This document shows, piece after piece, positions 39,815-53,169 of a stretch of 64,000 nt of DNA. Location: the NCBI GenBank assembly GCA_964016885.1, contig OZ024740.1:226238001-226302000 (forward strand). Direction: 5' to 3'. How positions within the stretch are numbered: position 1 is the stretch's first letter; the number at the start of each line of letters is the position of its first letter. The translations under genes were made by a program, and so were the position numbers. This stretch comes from Eledone cirrhosa. Taxonomy: Eukaryota. The notes under the pieces are model-generated. The model was not told where the DNA came from and searched no databases. It saw only the letters and a list, made by a program, of their open reading frames with translations.

Positions 39815-41896
39815 TAAGTAAAGTCTTCTAAAACTGGAGTCTTGTTCCAAAGGCTTGCAATAAAACAGGCTCCACTAAGAGCAACTAAATATCAGGTGGT
39901 GGCATGAAACCAGACAATGAATTAAGACTTCCACGAAAATTAGGCCAATCAAAATTGAATTCAGAATGCCAAGCATCTTGTCAATCACTCTAACAATACC
40001 ACAAATCCTTTACTGTGTGTTTGGACATTATTTTATCAGCCCCAAAATTTAAAAAGTTCAAGTTAATCTGAGTGGGATTTAACCTTCTTCCAGCTCTGTC
40101 TTCAAACAAAGCAGGAGTTTTAAATAAATATTATTCGTTTCAAGTGTATATACCATATGGCTGATCTTTCTTGTATAAAAGTTTAGAAAATAATGTCTTA
40201 TTGTTTTAAAATTCCTCATAACGTATATTCATATATATTGCTTTCTTTGCTATTTCTTTCTCAAGCTTTCTTCAATAGCTCTCAAAAATGGAACCTGCTT
40301 ATGGCAATCACAATACATTTAAGCTGAGCTAGCATTATTATTTTCAGTTCTCACTAAAAGTAGTTCAGTCATCTTTTCTGCTTATTATTGAAATATAACA
40401 TTTACACGAGGCCTCTAGTTTGGGTGAGAGGTCAAATAATACAACCTTAGTATTTGACTGATACTTTATTTTATAGATAACAGTTTTCTGACTTGTTCTT
40501 TACTACTGCCAGCTGTCAGCATTGGAACTATACTTCAGACCTTGTGTATAAACAGACTTCAAGCGGCAATAGTATACTTTCATATCAGCTATCTGTAGCT
40601 AATTAGCTTCGCATCACTGAGGTTGATATTTTGAAATATGGGGTAATTTAACAAACATTGCTGTTGCCTTCTGGTTATTTCAGGAAGCTTTGTACTTAAT
40701 TTTCTGTAAGAACATAGTACAGGTAATAGTGAATTTAAACACACTACATAGAAATAATATGAGAAACCTCTCAGCCTTATATTCATCTAAAACAATTGGT
40801 ATATGAGTGACCCTAGTGTTGATGTTAATAATGTGGCGTATTGAATCCCTGTTGTGCAAAGCATCTTGTTGAATACTCTAATAATACCACTAATATGCTG
40901 CTGTGGACTTGCACATTATTTTATCAACCCTAAAAAGATAAAAGGTAAAGTTAGCTTTAGTGGTTTTTGAACATCTTTCAGCTTGATCTTGAAACTAAAC
41001 AGGATCATGAAAATAGATGGAGTGAGAGTTTGATTAAAACCAATTTTTGTTAATTGTAATATTGTCCATCCTTACTAAATAAATACTGAAAACAAACAAT
41101 TATCAGATTATTATCTAAGAAAGTGCTTGCTATCAGTTGGTTTCCCTATGCAGGCAAACGTTTTCATATCTTACCATCTCTTCAAGGTTCCTGGTGTCTG
41201 AAAGTTTTACTTTACTACAAACAAACATAGAAGATAGTAAACTGTTTAAGAGATGAGAGTTGTCTTCTGATAAAAGTTTAAATTAGAAAGACTTATTGTT
41301 AATTGTCTTCTTAGCAAACTCTTACCTATGATCAGGAATCTTGGGTAATGACTGAAACATTATGAGTATGAATACAAGTAACTGAAATGAGGTCCCTCCA
41401 AAGTGTCTTTGGAGAAACATTACTTGATAGAGTGCATAGTTTGGAGTTCAGAGAGTCACTACATGTGGAGCTGCTACTTCTCTGAATTGACAGATAACAG
41501 CTCCATTACTATAGGTATGTGGTTAGAATGTCTCAGAAAAGAATTGCTGGAGAGATTTTATGGGCAAAACTAACTGGCAGGAGACCCAGGGTAGACCGTG
41601 AACAAGATGTGTGAATACATTCCATGAGTTTAGTTGTTCTTGCTTGGGGATGCAGTAAAATCAATTGAAGATGGTTGCTTCTGACAGGACTTACTGGAAG
41701 GGGTACTTGAGGACTCTGCCCCCGTGACCCCACAAGGAATAAGTGAGTAAAGAAGAAGTAGAAGCAATTCTGGTTTCCTGAGCACTAATATACATTACAT
41801 GAATGTCCACACTAGTTCAAAGATTATCAAACTATAGTCCAAAGAAGTGATTGTGGTCTGTTGGTGTCCTTATCAACTCTTACTAAACATTCAAGG

Positions 41897-43198
41897 TTTA
41901 GTGAATTGGTCACAGGGTTATTTACTTTGGTAAACGCCACTGCAGGCCAACAAGTAATTTAATTCGATACAGATATAATAAGGTTAACAAACTCGCTCGT
42001 GAGTGAGGCAATGACCGAATCAGCCAAGGTAGGTTCTGTAGCAAGAGTTGCCTCCCTTGTTATGACGATCACATCACCAGTAGCGCTCTCTAGACAGGAA
42101 GTAGCTGGAGTTACTTGAGGTGGCAGAACCTTCTTAGGAACTTCCGTCCGAGGGAACTATAAAGGAGAGAACTGAAAGCTAACTCCTTCTCTTTTAACCT
42201 GCCTGGCCCTTCGGCCAGGCGCGTTCCGCCAAGGGTATACTCTCTGGCAACCTGAACATGGTAATGTAAAGATCTCTTGGTCTCTTGCGCGCTGACTTCA
42301 AAACGGTAAGCAACTAACTTTAATTCATCCGTTCATCTCTCTTGGCATGTCAACTATTCTGCTCTACATAGCTCAACCTTGTTAAATAAACATTGTACAT
42401 ACAACCCAGTGTCCTGTTATAATTGGTGACCCCGAGTAAAAAATAATAGGATCTGGTGTTGTGTGAATATGAAAAAAAGAAAATTAATTAGCAGTATTTC
42501 AAAAAGAAAAAATTCCTCTAACAACATTCCACATGGATTTTGTCTACTACGAAAAATATAAGTAATCTTTTCCTGAGCAGCAAACAAACAAGAAACAATT
42601 TTGCTTTTCACCTCACGCGTTTACATCGTTTAAATGTGTTTCAATCACTGGATATATCCTTCGTCCGTCTCACAACGAACACTCAAAAAGACTTGGACTC
42701 CTGTATTCTTATATATTCAACATGTCAATTTTGATGAACATCACAGCTCGCTTACTCATTCAACTAAGCCTTTTTCGCTACTTTTTCATCACTTTCAAAA
42801 AAAAAATTTAACTCTCGCCATATACAAAGTGAATATAGCCTATCCTTCTTTTTCATCATATCTATTGCGCGAGAAAATGGCTCGAAAATGATAGTGCAAT
42901 AGGTCGTTGGCAGCCATTTTGAAAAATTTGTGTTCTAGAAAATTTCATAATTCTGTTCGCAGAGACAGCAATTTGTTCTATCGAACTGGTGTCAACTGTA
43001 TTCGCTAATATGGTTTGCACATTAGTTGGCAAACGGGAGAAGAATAACTTTTTTACGAAGGAACTGTCTTCGGGTGCAGCAACACTGAGTTCACGGATAT
43101 GCCATAAAAACTCTGTAGGAGTCAAACGCCATCTAAATTAGTGGTTGGCCTGCAGTGGCGTTTACCAAAGTAAATAACCCTGTGACCAATTCACTAAA
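41897..43198. mobile_element. 1.3-kb Gypsy-derived element with 65-bp terminal inverted repeats and a 4-bp TSD
   Basis: 41897-41961 is inverted at 43134-43198 (55 bp perfect). AAGG on both flanks. LTR-like TATAAA (42158) and AATAAA (42385). PBS-like TGGTGACCCCGA (42424-42435). Confidence 0.75.
42862..43125 (-). pseudogene. Gypsy-type gag fragment
   Basis: TPTEFLWHIREL...KKLFFSRLPTNVQTILA...IEQIAVSANRIM resembles the PSxLLRxMRxL...LWLQRLPxxVQxILA...LAxxADRI pattern of Gypsy gag (from recall, not searched). Confidence 0.6.
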
Positions 43199-44337
43199 AA
43201 GGTAGCTGGTACATGAAGGTTTCACCATATTGACTGAATGGCTACCAACTGTTCAGCAAACAACAAATAATCTTCTGATTAAAGCTGTTGGTTGAAATCA
43301 AAAGAATAGTTTTCATGTGATTAGTCACCATGCTGTATTTACAAACATATTTCCTTGAAATCAGACCCTACATCATCATCATCAGCAGCATAGTTGTTTT
43401 AATGTCTGCTTTCCCTTCAAGGGCTAGATGGGTCTATATAGTTGAAGTCAGTATTGAAGCAGGGATACTGATCTCCCAGACAAGCCATGGATCTGTCATC
43501 TCACTTATGTACAGTCTCACATTCTACCAAGTACACAGGAGAGGTTGTCAGGTCTTTGACACAACTGAAAGATCCTACGGACCGTTTCTTTGGAAAGCTT
43601 TCTATGGCTGGAATCCCTCACTTTCACAAACTACTTTACTGTGTGTACTGGGTCCATTTATCATGTAGATCACCAACACTAGGGAGGGTGTCATGTCCTT
43701 GACGTGACTGGGGGTCTTCCCAACCCTTTGTGAGGCAAGATTTCTATGGCTAGATGCCCTTCCTATTACCAAACACTTTACAGTGTGGACTTGGTTCGTT
43801 TATCATGTAGGTCACCAACACTAGGCTAGGGAGGCTGGCATGTCCTTGATGTGACTGAGGGATCGTCCCTACCTACTTAAAATAGATAATATAGTCTAAA
43901 TATTGTATTGTCTAAAAATAATATAGTTCAAAGATAGTATAGTCTCAGTAAACTGCAAATTAAAAATAAAATGAACCATACTCTTTGACTATAATTATAG
44001 GTGTGTTTGATCAAGGCTGATCTAGGCCTAAACAAAAAACATTAGATTTTTCTCTACAGTGTTAATATTCTATAGTGCAACAGTAGCTTTTTATTACTAG
44101 TTTGAGAAGTTTGATCTAAATATCAATCTAATGTTATATACTTTAATCAAATTTAAATATCTACTTATCTACATATTTATTCACCTACCTAGCTTTGTAC
44201 ATACAATAATACATACATATCTACGAACAGACAGACACATACATACATACACAAACACACATATACATACATGCATACATACATAAATGCATACATATAT
44301 AATACATATATACATACATGCTAATTGCTACTTCTTG

Positions 44338-45450
44338 TCAGAAGAATGCCATCCCTTCATTGAACATTGCACGATCATGGGAATGCAGGTGACTTTTCAG
44401 ACCCACTTTTGTTTTGCAGATATGTTGACAGATGTGATACTTGAAGTGTTTGTCTCCTAGTAAAACCAGCTGGGGTGTGTCTTCATGCATTTTACCATGT
44501 CTGGTCAGTCCACCCACTGACTTGCAAATTAAGCCACATACACTGCAAATGTATTATGGAGTGCGTGGCTGTAGAACCATCTCGCAAGTGGCTCAATTTC
44601 TCCCTGGCTCATGTGATTTCAGACGGATGACAAATCCAGCTCTTGTTAGAAGAAATCAGCCTCATACATTGCATTTCCATTCGTGCTGGATTTCTGGAAA
44701 CAGCTTAAAACAGTTTACAGTGCTGGAGCTGATATACTTGATCTTAAGAATACAAAACTCAGGCTGGTTTAATGATAATGGTGCTGCAATCAACATGCTC
44801 TTTATTGCCTTGTTGCAGAGGATCCAGTGTGGACCACCTTTGAGAAGACTTTCAAAGAAGCAAAGTCAAAACTGCAATGTAAATCTCTAAAGATGAAGAA
44901 TAACTGGTGGTCTGAGGTTTCAGCAGAGGGTTTTATAACATCAGAGACTTGAAAGCATTATATATACACACATACAGGCATGCATACATACACACACACA
45001 CATGTATGTACTTGTTGGCTGCTGCCAACTCACACTAAGCGTATTGCAATTGCTTATCAGATTCAGATGTGTGATGCTTGGATATGGCTTTTCAAGCCTG
45101 CTAGAGACTTGCACTCCTTACATATTGCTGACGACTATGGATTAAGTTGCCTGTGAACCTTCACAATACCATGGAGATCATAGTTCACCAGTTCTCTCTG
45201 AAGATGGCTGCGACTGTGGCTCCTGAAACCAGATTTGCTCAAGCAAATCTTTCCATACTCAGGGCACACTAATTCAATGGAGACATCGATTATTTCGAGA
45301 GATATACCACATCCCTTTTGATCTTTTTGTGCTCGATGCATCCGTCCTCAAAATTATTGACCTCATCAAACACAATTCCATGCCAAGTTTCTCTTTGAAG
45401 AGCTTCTATCTCCCAGTCAGCCATCATCAAACCAGTTTTTTTCAATGAGT
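44338..45450 (-). mobile_element. Rearranged LINE (RTE/BovB-like) C-terminal remnant with C2H2-like zinc fingers
   Basis: Minus-strand translations CSVCGLICKSVGGLTRHGKMH and YHICQHICKTKVGLKSHLHSH (44338-44553), and CPEYGKICLSKSGFRSHSRSH (about 45205-45270). Confidence 0.55.
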
Positions 45451-47505
45451 CCTTTACACAATCTTTGAATCGAGTTGTCGGCGACTAAACCGGCAACCCC
45501 ACCACGTTTGCTTGGTGAGGAGGGTGATATTTAGACACCCCGAGAGATGAAATACAAGACCCAGCAAAGTGCAGAGAAATTCAGCAGAGTCAACAGCCAT
45601 CCAAATAGTACTTTTTATGTATATACATACATACGTACATACATACATGTGTACGTACATACATACATGTGTATGCACATACATACATACATACATTCAT
45701 ACATACATACATACATACATACATACATACATACATGATGATGGTTGCCCCCTCGTTATCAAGTACGGCCATTGCACGATATATAATTATTAATAATTAT
45801 TATTAATTCTATTGTGCAATGCCTGTATGTGAAGATTTTTTTAAAGTGAGGAAAGACTGTGCACTGAGCCAATCCCACTCTCTGAGCGACAGTAGCTATA
45901 ACCCGAAAAGAAGAAAAGATCAACATCATCGGTAACTACTGAGCCACAGGTCTTATGTCAGAGTTATCCCAGTTTCCTGAGTTGCTTTCTCCTAGAAGAA
46001 TGCCCTGACAAAGGGTAGGTGTTCTTCACTCCCAGTGGTTTAACTACGCAATCTGGTTACTCAAACTCTCTTGATTCAAGCAAAGACACTATGTCACTTT
46101 GTTAATGACTGGGTTAAATTCTCCAAACAAGTTAAATAACAAAGAAAAACATATGTATATGCTTACCTGTATATCTATCTACCTAACAACTACTTGCCTA
46201 CATATTTATCTCTCTATTTATGTATTTATATACCTAGCTACCTATTCGATGAGTGTATGTGTATATGTGTGTGTGTATATCTCCATTCTGCTACTATCTT
46301 TAGTGTCTTTTACTCCAAGCTAAAATAATGGTTTGATATATGTGTTTAGTTGTATGTTTGATAATGTAATTATGTGAATTCGTATTTTAGTATATTATTC
46401 TCTTTCTCTGTCTCTCTCTCACACGTGCTATATACATACATACATACATACATATACACACACATATATATATATAATGTATGTATATTTGTGTGTGTGT
46501 ATCTATGTGATTGTATGCATGCTATATGAGAAAAAAAAGTTTTTGAATTGTTTTGGGATGACAAAACCAAAGACAAAAAAAAAATGCTCCGTATAATAGA
46601 GTCTAAAGAAGCAAGATTTAACAGAAGAATCATAGAAAAAGTTCTTATCTCTTCCACTAGCAAGCACCATAAATATTGAACTGGAAGTAATATATAAATA
46701 AAAAACAACTTCCCATTCTAACAGGCAGCTGAAGAAACAACATTTAATGACATGGAATCTGGAAGAAGTTTTTCTTTTGAATCACCAACCATCCCACAAA
46801 AAAATTATAAAGAAAATCACACCCACATTTTTTTTAATGAACCGTTAATTCTTTTGTTTTCTACCAACAGAAATCAGATTTCACATGACTAAAACTATTC
46901 TTTGGATGTGTTAACTTGAATTGAAAACATTACAGTGTAGTTGGACATGTAAAATAATACTTACATATATAATTACCCTCTTGGGCATCAACAGAATGGA
47001 TACAACATTGACTGGAGAGGACTCTGTTGCTATATGGGGAGAAGGCAACCTCTCCAGTGTTTATGCCATGTTAAGTGCACCTAGTAAACTATATAAAGTT
47101 GTTAGCAATAAAACATAGGTAACATAGTTTTGTTGACGACATGCAAACCTCTCTAGTGCTGGTGCCACATTACAGTGCACCGAGTACACTCTGTTATGTG
47201 GTTGATGTTAGGATATCCACCCAGCCACAGAAACCGTGCCCAATATTAATATGTACCACAATAAATAAATAAATAAATGAAAGGTGCGTGGCTGAGAGAT
47301 TAGAGAATTGGATTCACAACCTCATGGTTGTGAATCCGGCTGAAGCAAGACACTTTGTTTCACATTGCTCCTTCTGCCATGATTTGCGACCGACAGATAG
47401 CATTAGCAATTGGAAAGACATATGAAAACATTATTTCCTTGGTCCAATTTGATGAGCTCCACCCCACTTGTTAAGCGAATGAGCTCTGAGATCTTGTTGA
47501 AGCTG

Positions 47506-47584
<79 letters not shown>

Positions 47585-47834
47585 ATGTTTACAAAAATCA
47601 TTGATATTAACTTAACAGTCTCTGGCCAATGTTTCACCCACTCACTAAATCTGCTAGATTGCAGTAATGCCACTGGAATCAGCAGTTTGGTGTGCACATA
47701 TTTTAGTTAATAGCAAGTATGGTGGCTGTGTTTTGGTTGAGATACATTATATATCCTGCTCCTGGATTAATTTGTTTTTTTCAGTGCAACATACTTCACA
47801 GTTGCAGATGTTAAATCTGCAGTGTTCAGAAAAT

Positions 47835-49205
47835 TACTTGCGGAGGTTGTACAAGCCATACATAAGAGAGCAGTCAGCAAAGTTACAATTAACAATGACT
47901 ATAGAGAGGAAATTAAGATGCAGGTTGGCGTCCACCATGGCTCTGTTCTTAGCTCTCTCCTGTTTATTACAGGGAAGTGGCTTTGCGCAGTATGTAGAAA
48001 AGGTGGAGGTAGATATTCCATCCACTGACCCAAATGCAAACTACGGGTATATGAGACGTAGTGGGATCTCAGGTAGTTTAGCTAAAAACATATAAGCTTT
48101 ACATGAAGCTGTTGCACTGGAGCTGTAAGCAGCAAACAACCACAATAAACAAGTGCTATCATATTCTGGAAAGGTTCGGCAGAAGTAGTAGACAGCTTCT
48201 GCTACCTGGGTGACCAAATTAGCAGTGGGGTGTGTGCTCCGAAAGTATAGTAGCCAGGGTGAGAACTGGATGGAAGAAGTTCAGGGAATGACTACCACTG
48301 CTAGCAACAAAAGGCTTTAACCTCAAAATGAAAGGCAGACTTTATGATGCTTACATACAAACATCAATGCTGCATAGTAGTGGGTCATGGGCACTGTGTG
48401 CAGAGGACTGGCATGGATTGCAAAGAAATGAAGCTTGCATGCTCTGATTTATGTGTAATAATAATATATTTGAACAGCAAAGCATAAATGAACTGAGAGA
48501 GTAACTAGGCATAAAAGGAATCAGATGGAGTGTACAGAAGAGGAGACTGCATTGGTATGGATATGTGATATGTTTGAAGAATGACAGCTGTATAAAAAGG
48601 TGCAGAGTGCTCAAAATCGATGGAAGCCATGGTGTTTGAAGACCCAGGAAGACTTGGGAAGGGTTGATAAAAGCTGACGTTGCACAATTACATCTCTCAA
48701 AGGCGATGACACAGTACCAAGATCTCTAACGCTATGCAGTAATACAGAAGAGTTGCCTCCTCATGAACACAGGTTGAAGCACACATACAGTATGCCTCAC
48801 CTTCACCTCTACCCCACCACCTGCCATACACTTTCCATGAGCACAAGCTCAATTTTACATCTAATATGCACCAACTTTACCTCCACCCCCTTCCATTTAC
48901 ACCCTACGTCCTAATACTCCACATCTCATAAAATGTCTAAATACACACCTAAATACCCATACACCTCTCCCACCAATGTCCCCAGACTACACAGTAAAGT
49001 GGTTATGTATGTGACACAACAAAAAGCACCCAGCACAATCTGTAAATGCGGTTGGCATTAAGAAGGGCATCCAGCTGTAGAAACCAAGCCAAAATCAGTT
49101 CTGTATGAGCAAAGCAGGGTCACATGACCTGGTATTTCTCACAGCAGGACAACTCGTTAAAACCCATGTTAGCATGGAAAAATGGACATTAAACGGTAAT
49201 GATGT
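47835..49205 (+). mobile_element. Degenerate RTE LINE (PHD-containing family) with 3' UTR and tail
   Basis: VGVHHGSVLSSLLF, GKWLCAVCRKG, VRTGWKKFRE, tail CCCATGTTAGCATGG...GATGATG. Many stops. Confidence 0.8.
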
Positions 49206-49347
49206 TGGTGATATATATATATATAATATATGTGTGTGTGTATATCTTAGTATTATCATCAACATCATCATGTATCCATTTTCCATGCTAGCCTGTGTGG
49301 ATGTATATATATATGTATATATGTATATATATATGTATATATATATG

Positions 49348-49378
<31 letters not shown>

Positions 49379-49380
49379 AT

Positions 49381-49672
49381 ATCATCATCATCATCATCAT
49401 CGTTTAACGTCCATCTTCCACGCTCGCATGGGTTTGGACGGGAGTTTTCCCACTTGAGGCAAGATTGGTTGTCCTGCTCGTATAGGACTGTCTGGCGGGT
49501 TTTCTATGGCTGGATGCCCTTCCTAACACCAACCACGTTTACAGTGTGGACTGGGAGGTTTTTACCGTGTACCTACATGGCTACAATACAGCGTAGACTG
49601 TGTTTTTTTGTCGTGACACCTACACGACCTCATTTGTTTCGGACTGGATGTTGTGGTACCAACATAACTTCA
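49381..49672 (-). mobile_element. RTE 3' UTR/tail fragment
   Basis: Near-identical reverse complement of 60045-60330. Confidence 0.85.
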
Positions 49673-49686
49673 AGACCGGCTGCCTG

Positions 49687-49720
<34 letters not shown>

Positions 49721-49731
49721 CATATATATAT

Positions 49732-50265
49732 ATATTGTTATACTTGGGGAGGGTCATATTTGTGTAATAGTATTGCCAGAATTAATAACAGAACACACTC
49801 ACTGTTTGGTTGGTTTTCGCTTCTGTGTCTTTTATATCGGTTAATTTAATTATTTTTATTTGGTCCTCAATGTTACTATTGACTGAATAAATAAATAAAT
49901 AAATAAACAGACTAAATAAAGATGGCGTAGGCATGCAATACAACGGGAGGAAACATAATAGCACCACTGACGATGTTGCAGATGTGCAACGAAAGAACTT
50001 TGTTAGACTATATATATGTGTTTGTGTTTATATTATATCTGTATTTTTTACCGTTGGTAAGTCAATGCTAACATTGAGGACCGAATAAAAAAAATTAAAT
50101 TAACCGATATAAAAGACACAGAAGCGAAAACCAACCAAACAGTGAGTGTGTTCTGTTATTAATTCTGGCAATACTATTACACATATATGACCCTCCCCAA
50201 GTATAACAATATTTGTTTCGACACACGATTTCATATAAAAAACCTCGCAAAACTAATTCATCGCC

Positions 50266-50266
<1 letters not shown>
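49732..50266 (+). mobile_element. Non-autonomous Penelope-like pseudo-LTR with inverted arms of about 150 bp
   Basis: 49732-49884 is inverted at 50060-50212. Termini are homologous to those of the PLE at 55306-57167. TA flanks. Confidence 0.75.
49965..50002 (+). ncRNA. Minimal type I hammerhead motif (PLE-associated)
   Basis: CUGACGA-U-GUUGCA-gaug-UGCAAC-GAAAGAACUU. Helix I is weak (2 bp). Confidence 0.6.
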
Positions 50267-50326
<60 letters not shown>

Positions 50327-51669
50327 ATATATATATATATATATACACACACATATATACATATCAGAGATGATGATGATTATGATATATGTATATAAAC
50401 TAAACATGAAGCAGATAGAGGTAACACACCAGGGCTCCACCTTCAATATGACTACAAAGTGTTTCTATTCTAGCATGAAAAGGTATTGATAATAAATAAC
50501 AAGATGCAAAATAGCATCTTAGAGTCATTTCTATTTCAGTAGTGGATATTTGTCTAAATAATATCCATAAACATAATATATAAAGAAATATATATATATC
50601 TTATGAAAACTAACCAAAATTTCAAAAGAATTCATTTTATTACATCTGATACCTATATAGAAAGAAAAAAATCCAAAAAATAATAGTCAAACATAAAGTT
50701 TGGATAGAAAATATCAACAGAAATATTTGGTTTTTCTTTTAGCAAAAAAAAAAAACACAAAATAAGGGAGAGAATAATATTTTGTCACGTATCCTTTATG
50801 TCTTTTGAAGTGTTGTATGTCTTGTGCTGGACAGAACAGCAGGAATTATTTGCTTGCTCTGCCTAGAGGTAGTTATAGATGGTTGTGGAAAGGAAGATGA
50901 ATATTGAAAGCCACCCTGATGTGATTGAAAGCGGGAGGATGAGATGGAGAGTAACTTTGATGATTTCAATTCAAAGTTAGGTGTTGAATTCATGCAGACA
51001 CATGCATACACGCATACACAATTGATGTCACAAACACAAATATACATACACCACACTCTCAAACACATATATATTATGTATGTAGGGAAAATATAGATGT
51101 TAATGTTCGATTTTAGATTTATAGTTGTAAAAATTACTTCAAAAAATTACTTCAAACTGATGGGGTGACTCAATATATTTTTCTTGGTTGTCTGATAGTT
51201 GAGTACTAGTTAACTAAGATATATTGAAAATATGTATACATATGTTAATATATATAACCTATTGTTTACATGCTTGACTCATACCATCATCATCATCATC
51301 ATCATTTTATAAATCGTATAGATCCATATGTAGTAGTGAGGAATAAATCCTTATGTCCAAAGAGTGCTCAACAAAACAGGCAGATTAACCCTTTAGCATT
51401 TACATTACTCTATATTTACTATTACATATTTGTGGTAAAGTCTTTACCTCACATAATATCGAATCTATGAAATTTTGATATTATTTATTTTGAGAACAAT
51501 ACCTTAATACCAGTATGAGCAGTCGGATATGGCCGGTTTGAACAGAAAAAGGTGAGAGAAATCTGGCAGGATATGGTCGGTTTAAATGCTAAACAACTGA
51601 TGCAGGTAATTTGTTCCATGCTTGAGCATGAAAAAAGGTTTACAAAAGTCATGGTAGCTGTGCTTTTTT

Positions 51670-51880
51670 CTGACTTTGATGCCTGCATAGCATTCAGCAA
51701 TGAGATCTGTGCATTCTTTGGGATCGTCAGTAATGTGGCTTGTGTGGGGATTGCAAAGAGGACCAACTGGAGAGTGAGGTCTCTGCTTTGAATGTACATA
51801 TTTCCAGAACACTTTACTGTCAGAGTTGGTTGTTATGCATTGTTCAAATTCAAGCACTGCTTTTTTTATCACCTGCTTGA
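51670..51880 (-). mobile_element. CR1/L2-type LINE ORF2 linker fragment
   Basis: SKVFWKYVHSK...VGPLCNP...ITDDPKECTDLIAECYA resembles the EN-RT linker of CR1/Jockey-group LINEs. Confidence 0.55.
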
Positions 51881-52184
51881 GATGGTTGGTTGGATGATTT
51901 ATGTTAATATTCTTCAGTTGTCTCCTCCCACTCATTAGATATTCAGTCTTTCACCATCTCCTTTCTTAAATTCAAGCTTTTTACTCCAATAAATGTCAAT
52001 GTTTACATTCATGAATTATTCTGAGATGGATCTAGATCTCTGTGCCAAATAATTTAAGATTCATTGAAAAATGGTGACATTGTTTTAAGACAGACAAACC
52101 TTCACTCTTATTATATGTGTGAATTTGTGTTTGTGTGTGAATATATATATATGTGTGTGTTCGTGTATATGTGAATATATGTGG

Positions 52185-52220
<36 letters not shown>

Positions 52221-52719
52221 GCACAGGCATACACATATGTATGTGTGTATGTATGTTGAAAGATTTTACTATTTTGACATTTAAACACCGAGGAGTAGAA
52301 ATTCTGCAGAGAGACAAAGAGAGCCTGCCACTCATTATGACAAAATGTTTTTTGTGATGGTAAGGTTTGAGCATCAAGATTCCTATGACAGTAGCTGTCA
52401 AAGTTGGGATACACACTAAAAAAGGTCTGTAGAAACATGTTGATATTTTCAACAAAAGAAAACATCAAGATTACTTTCAGGTTCATGACAGTAGTATAAG
52501 ATTCTGAATTCAACAGTTTGTAGACATACTGAATACTAAACTTAATGAGGCTCTCACACACACACACTCATACACATATACTAGCATGTGCATAAATACA
52601 CATACAAATAAAAAAAATATATAAGTACTTACTTTTCTGTCTATCTATCAATCTATAAACACAAACACACACACACTTACATACATACACACACATATAT
52701 TTATATACATTATATATAT

Positions 52720-53063
52720 GGAGGCACATGGCTTAGTGGTTAGAGCATTGGCCTTGCAATCGAAAGGTTGTGAGTTCAATTCTCAGACTGGGTGATGTGT
52801 TGTTTCCTTGAGCAAGATACTTTATTTCACATTGCTCCAGTTTACTCAGCTGTAGAAATGAAATGATAGGGACCCAGTCCCTATCATTCCACTGCAAAGT
52901 GGTCGTGGAGGTGCCACGGCAAAAAAGCACCCAGCACTCACTGTAAATGAGGTTAGTGTTAGGAAGGGCATCCAACTGTAGAAATCAAGCCAGAATCAGT
53001 TCCTGTCCCACCCTTGTAAGCAGGGAAAAAGCGGACGTAAAATGAAATGATGATGATGATGAT
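52720..53063 (+). mobile_element. CORE-type SINE with RTE tail (unexpanded sibling of 20047-23493)
   Basis: A/B boxes, CORE-like segment, one copy of the 49-bp unit, tail nearly identical to the RTE end at 10368-10425. Confidence 0.85.
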
Positions 53064-53129
53064 GTGTGTGTGTGTGTGTGAATGTATATATAATAGAAAA
53101 AACGAGGAAGTATTTCACCATACTACCTA

Positions 53130-53169
<40 letters not shown>

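Noticed and set aside
39960-41010. Diverged direct repeat of about 150 bp (near 39970 and 40860)
   Set aside because: Looks like old SINE-derived or locally duplicated sequence. Too decayed to interpret.
50796-51068. Ser-rich 90-aa ORF
   Set aside because: Starts in a microsatellite, with no homology or splice evidence visible.
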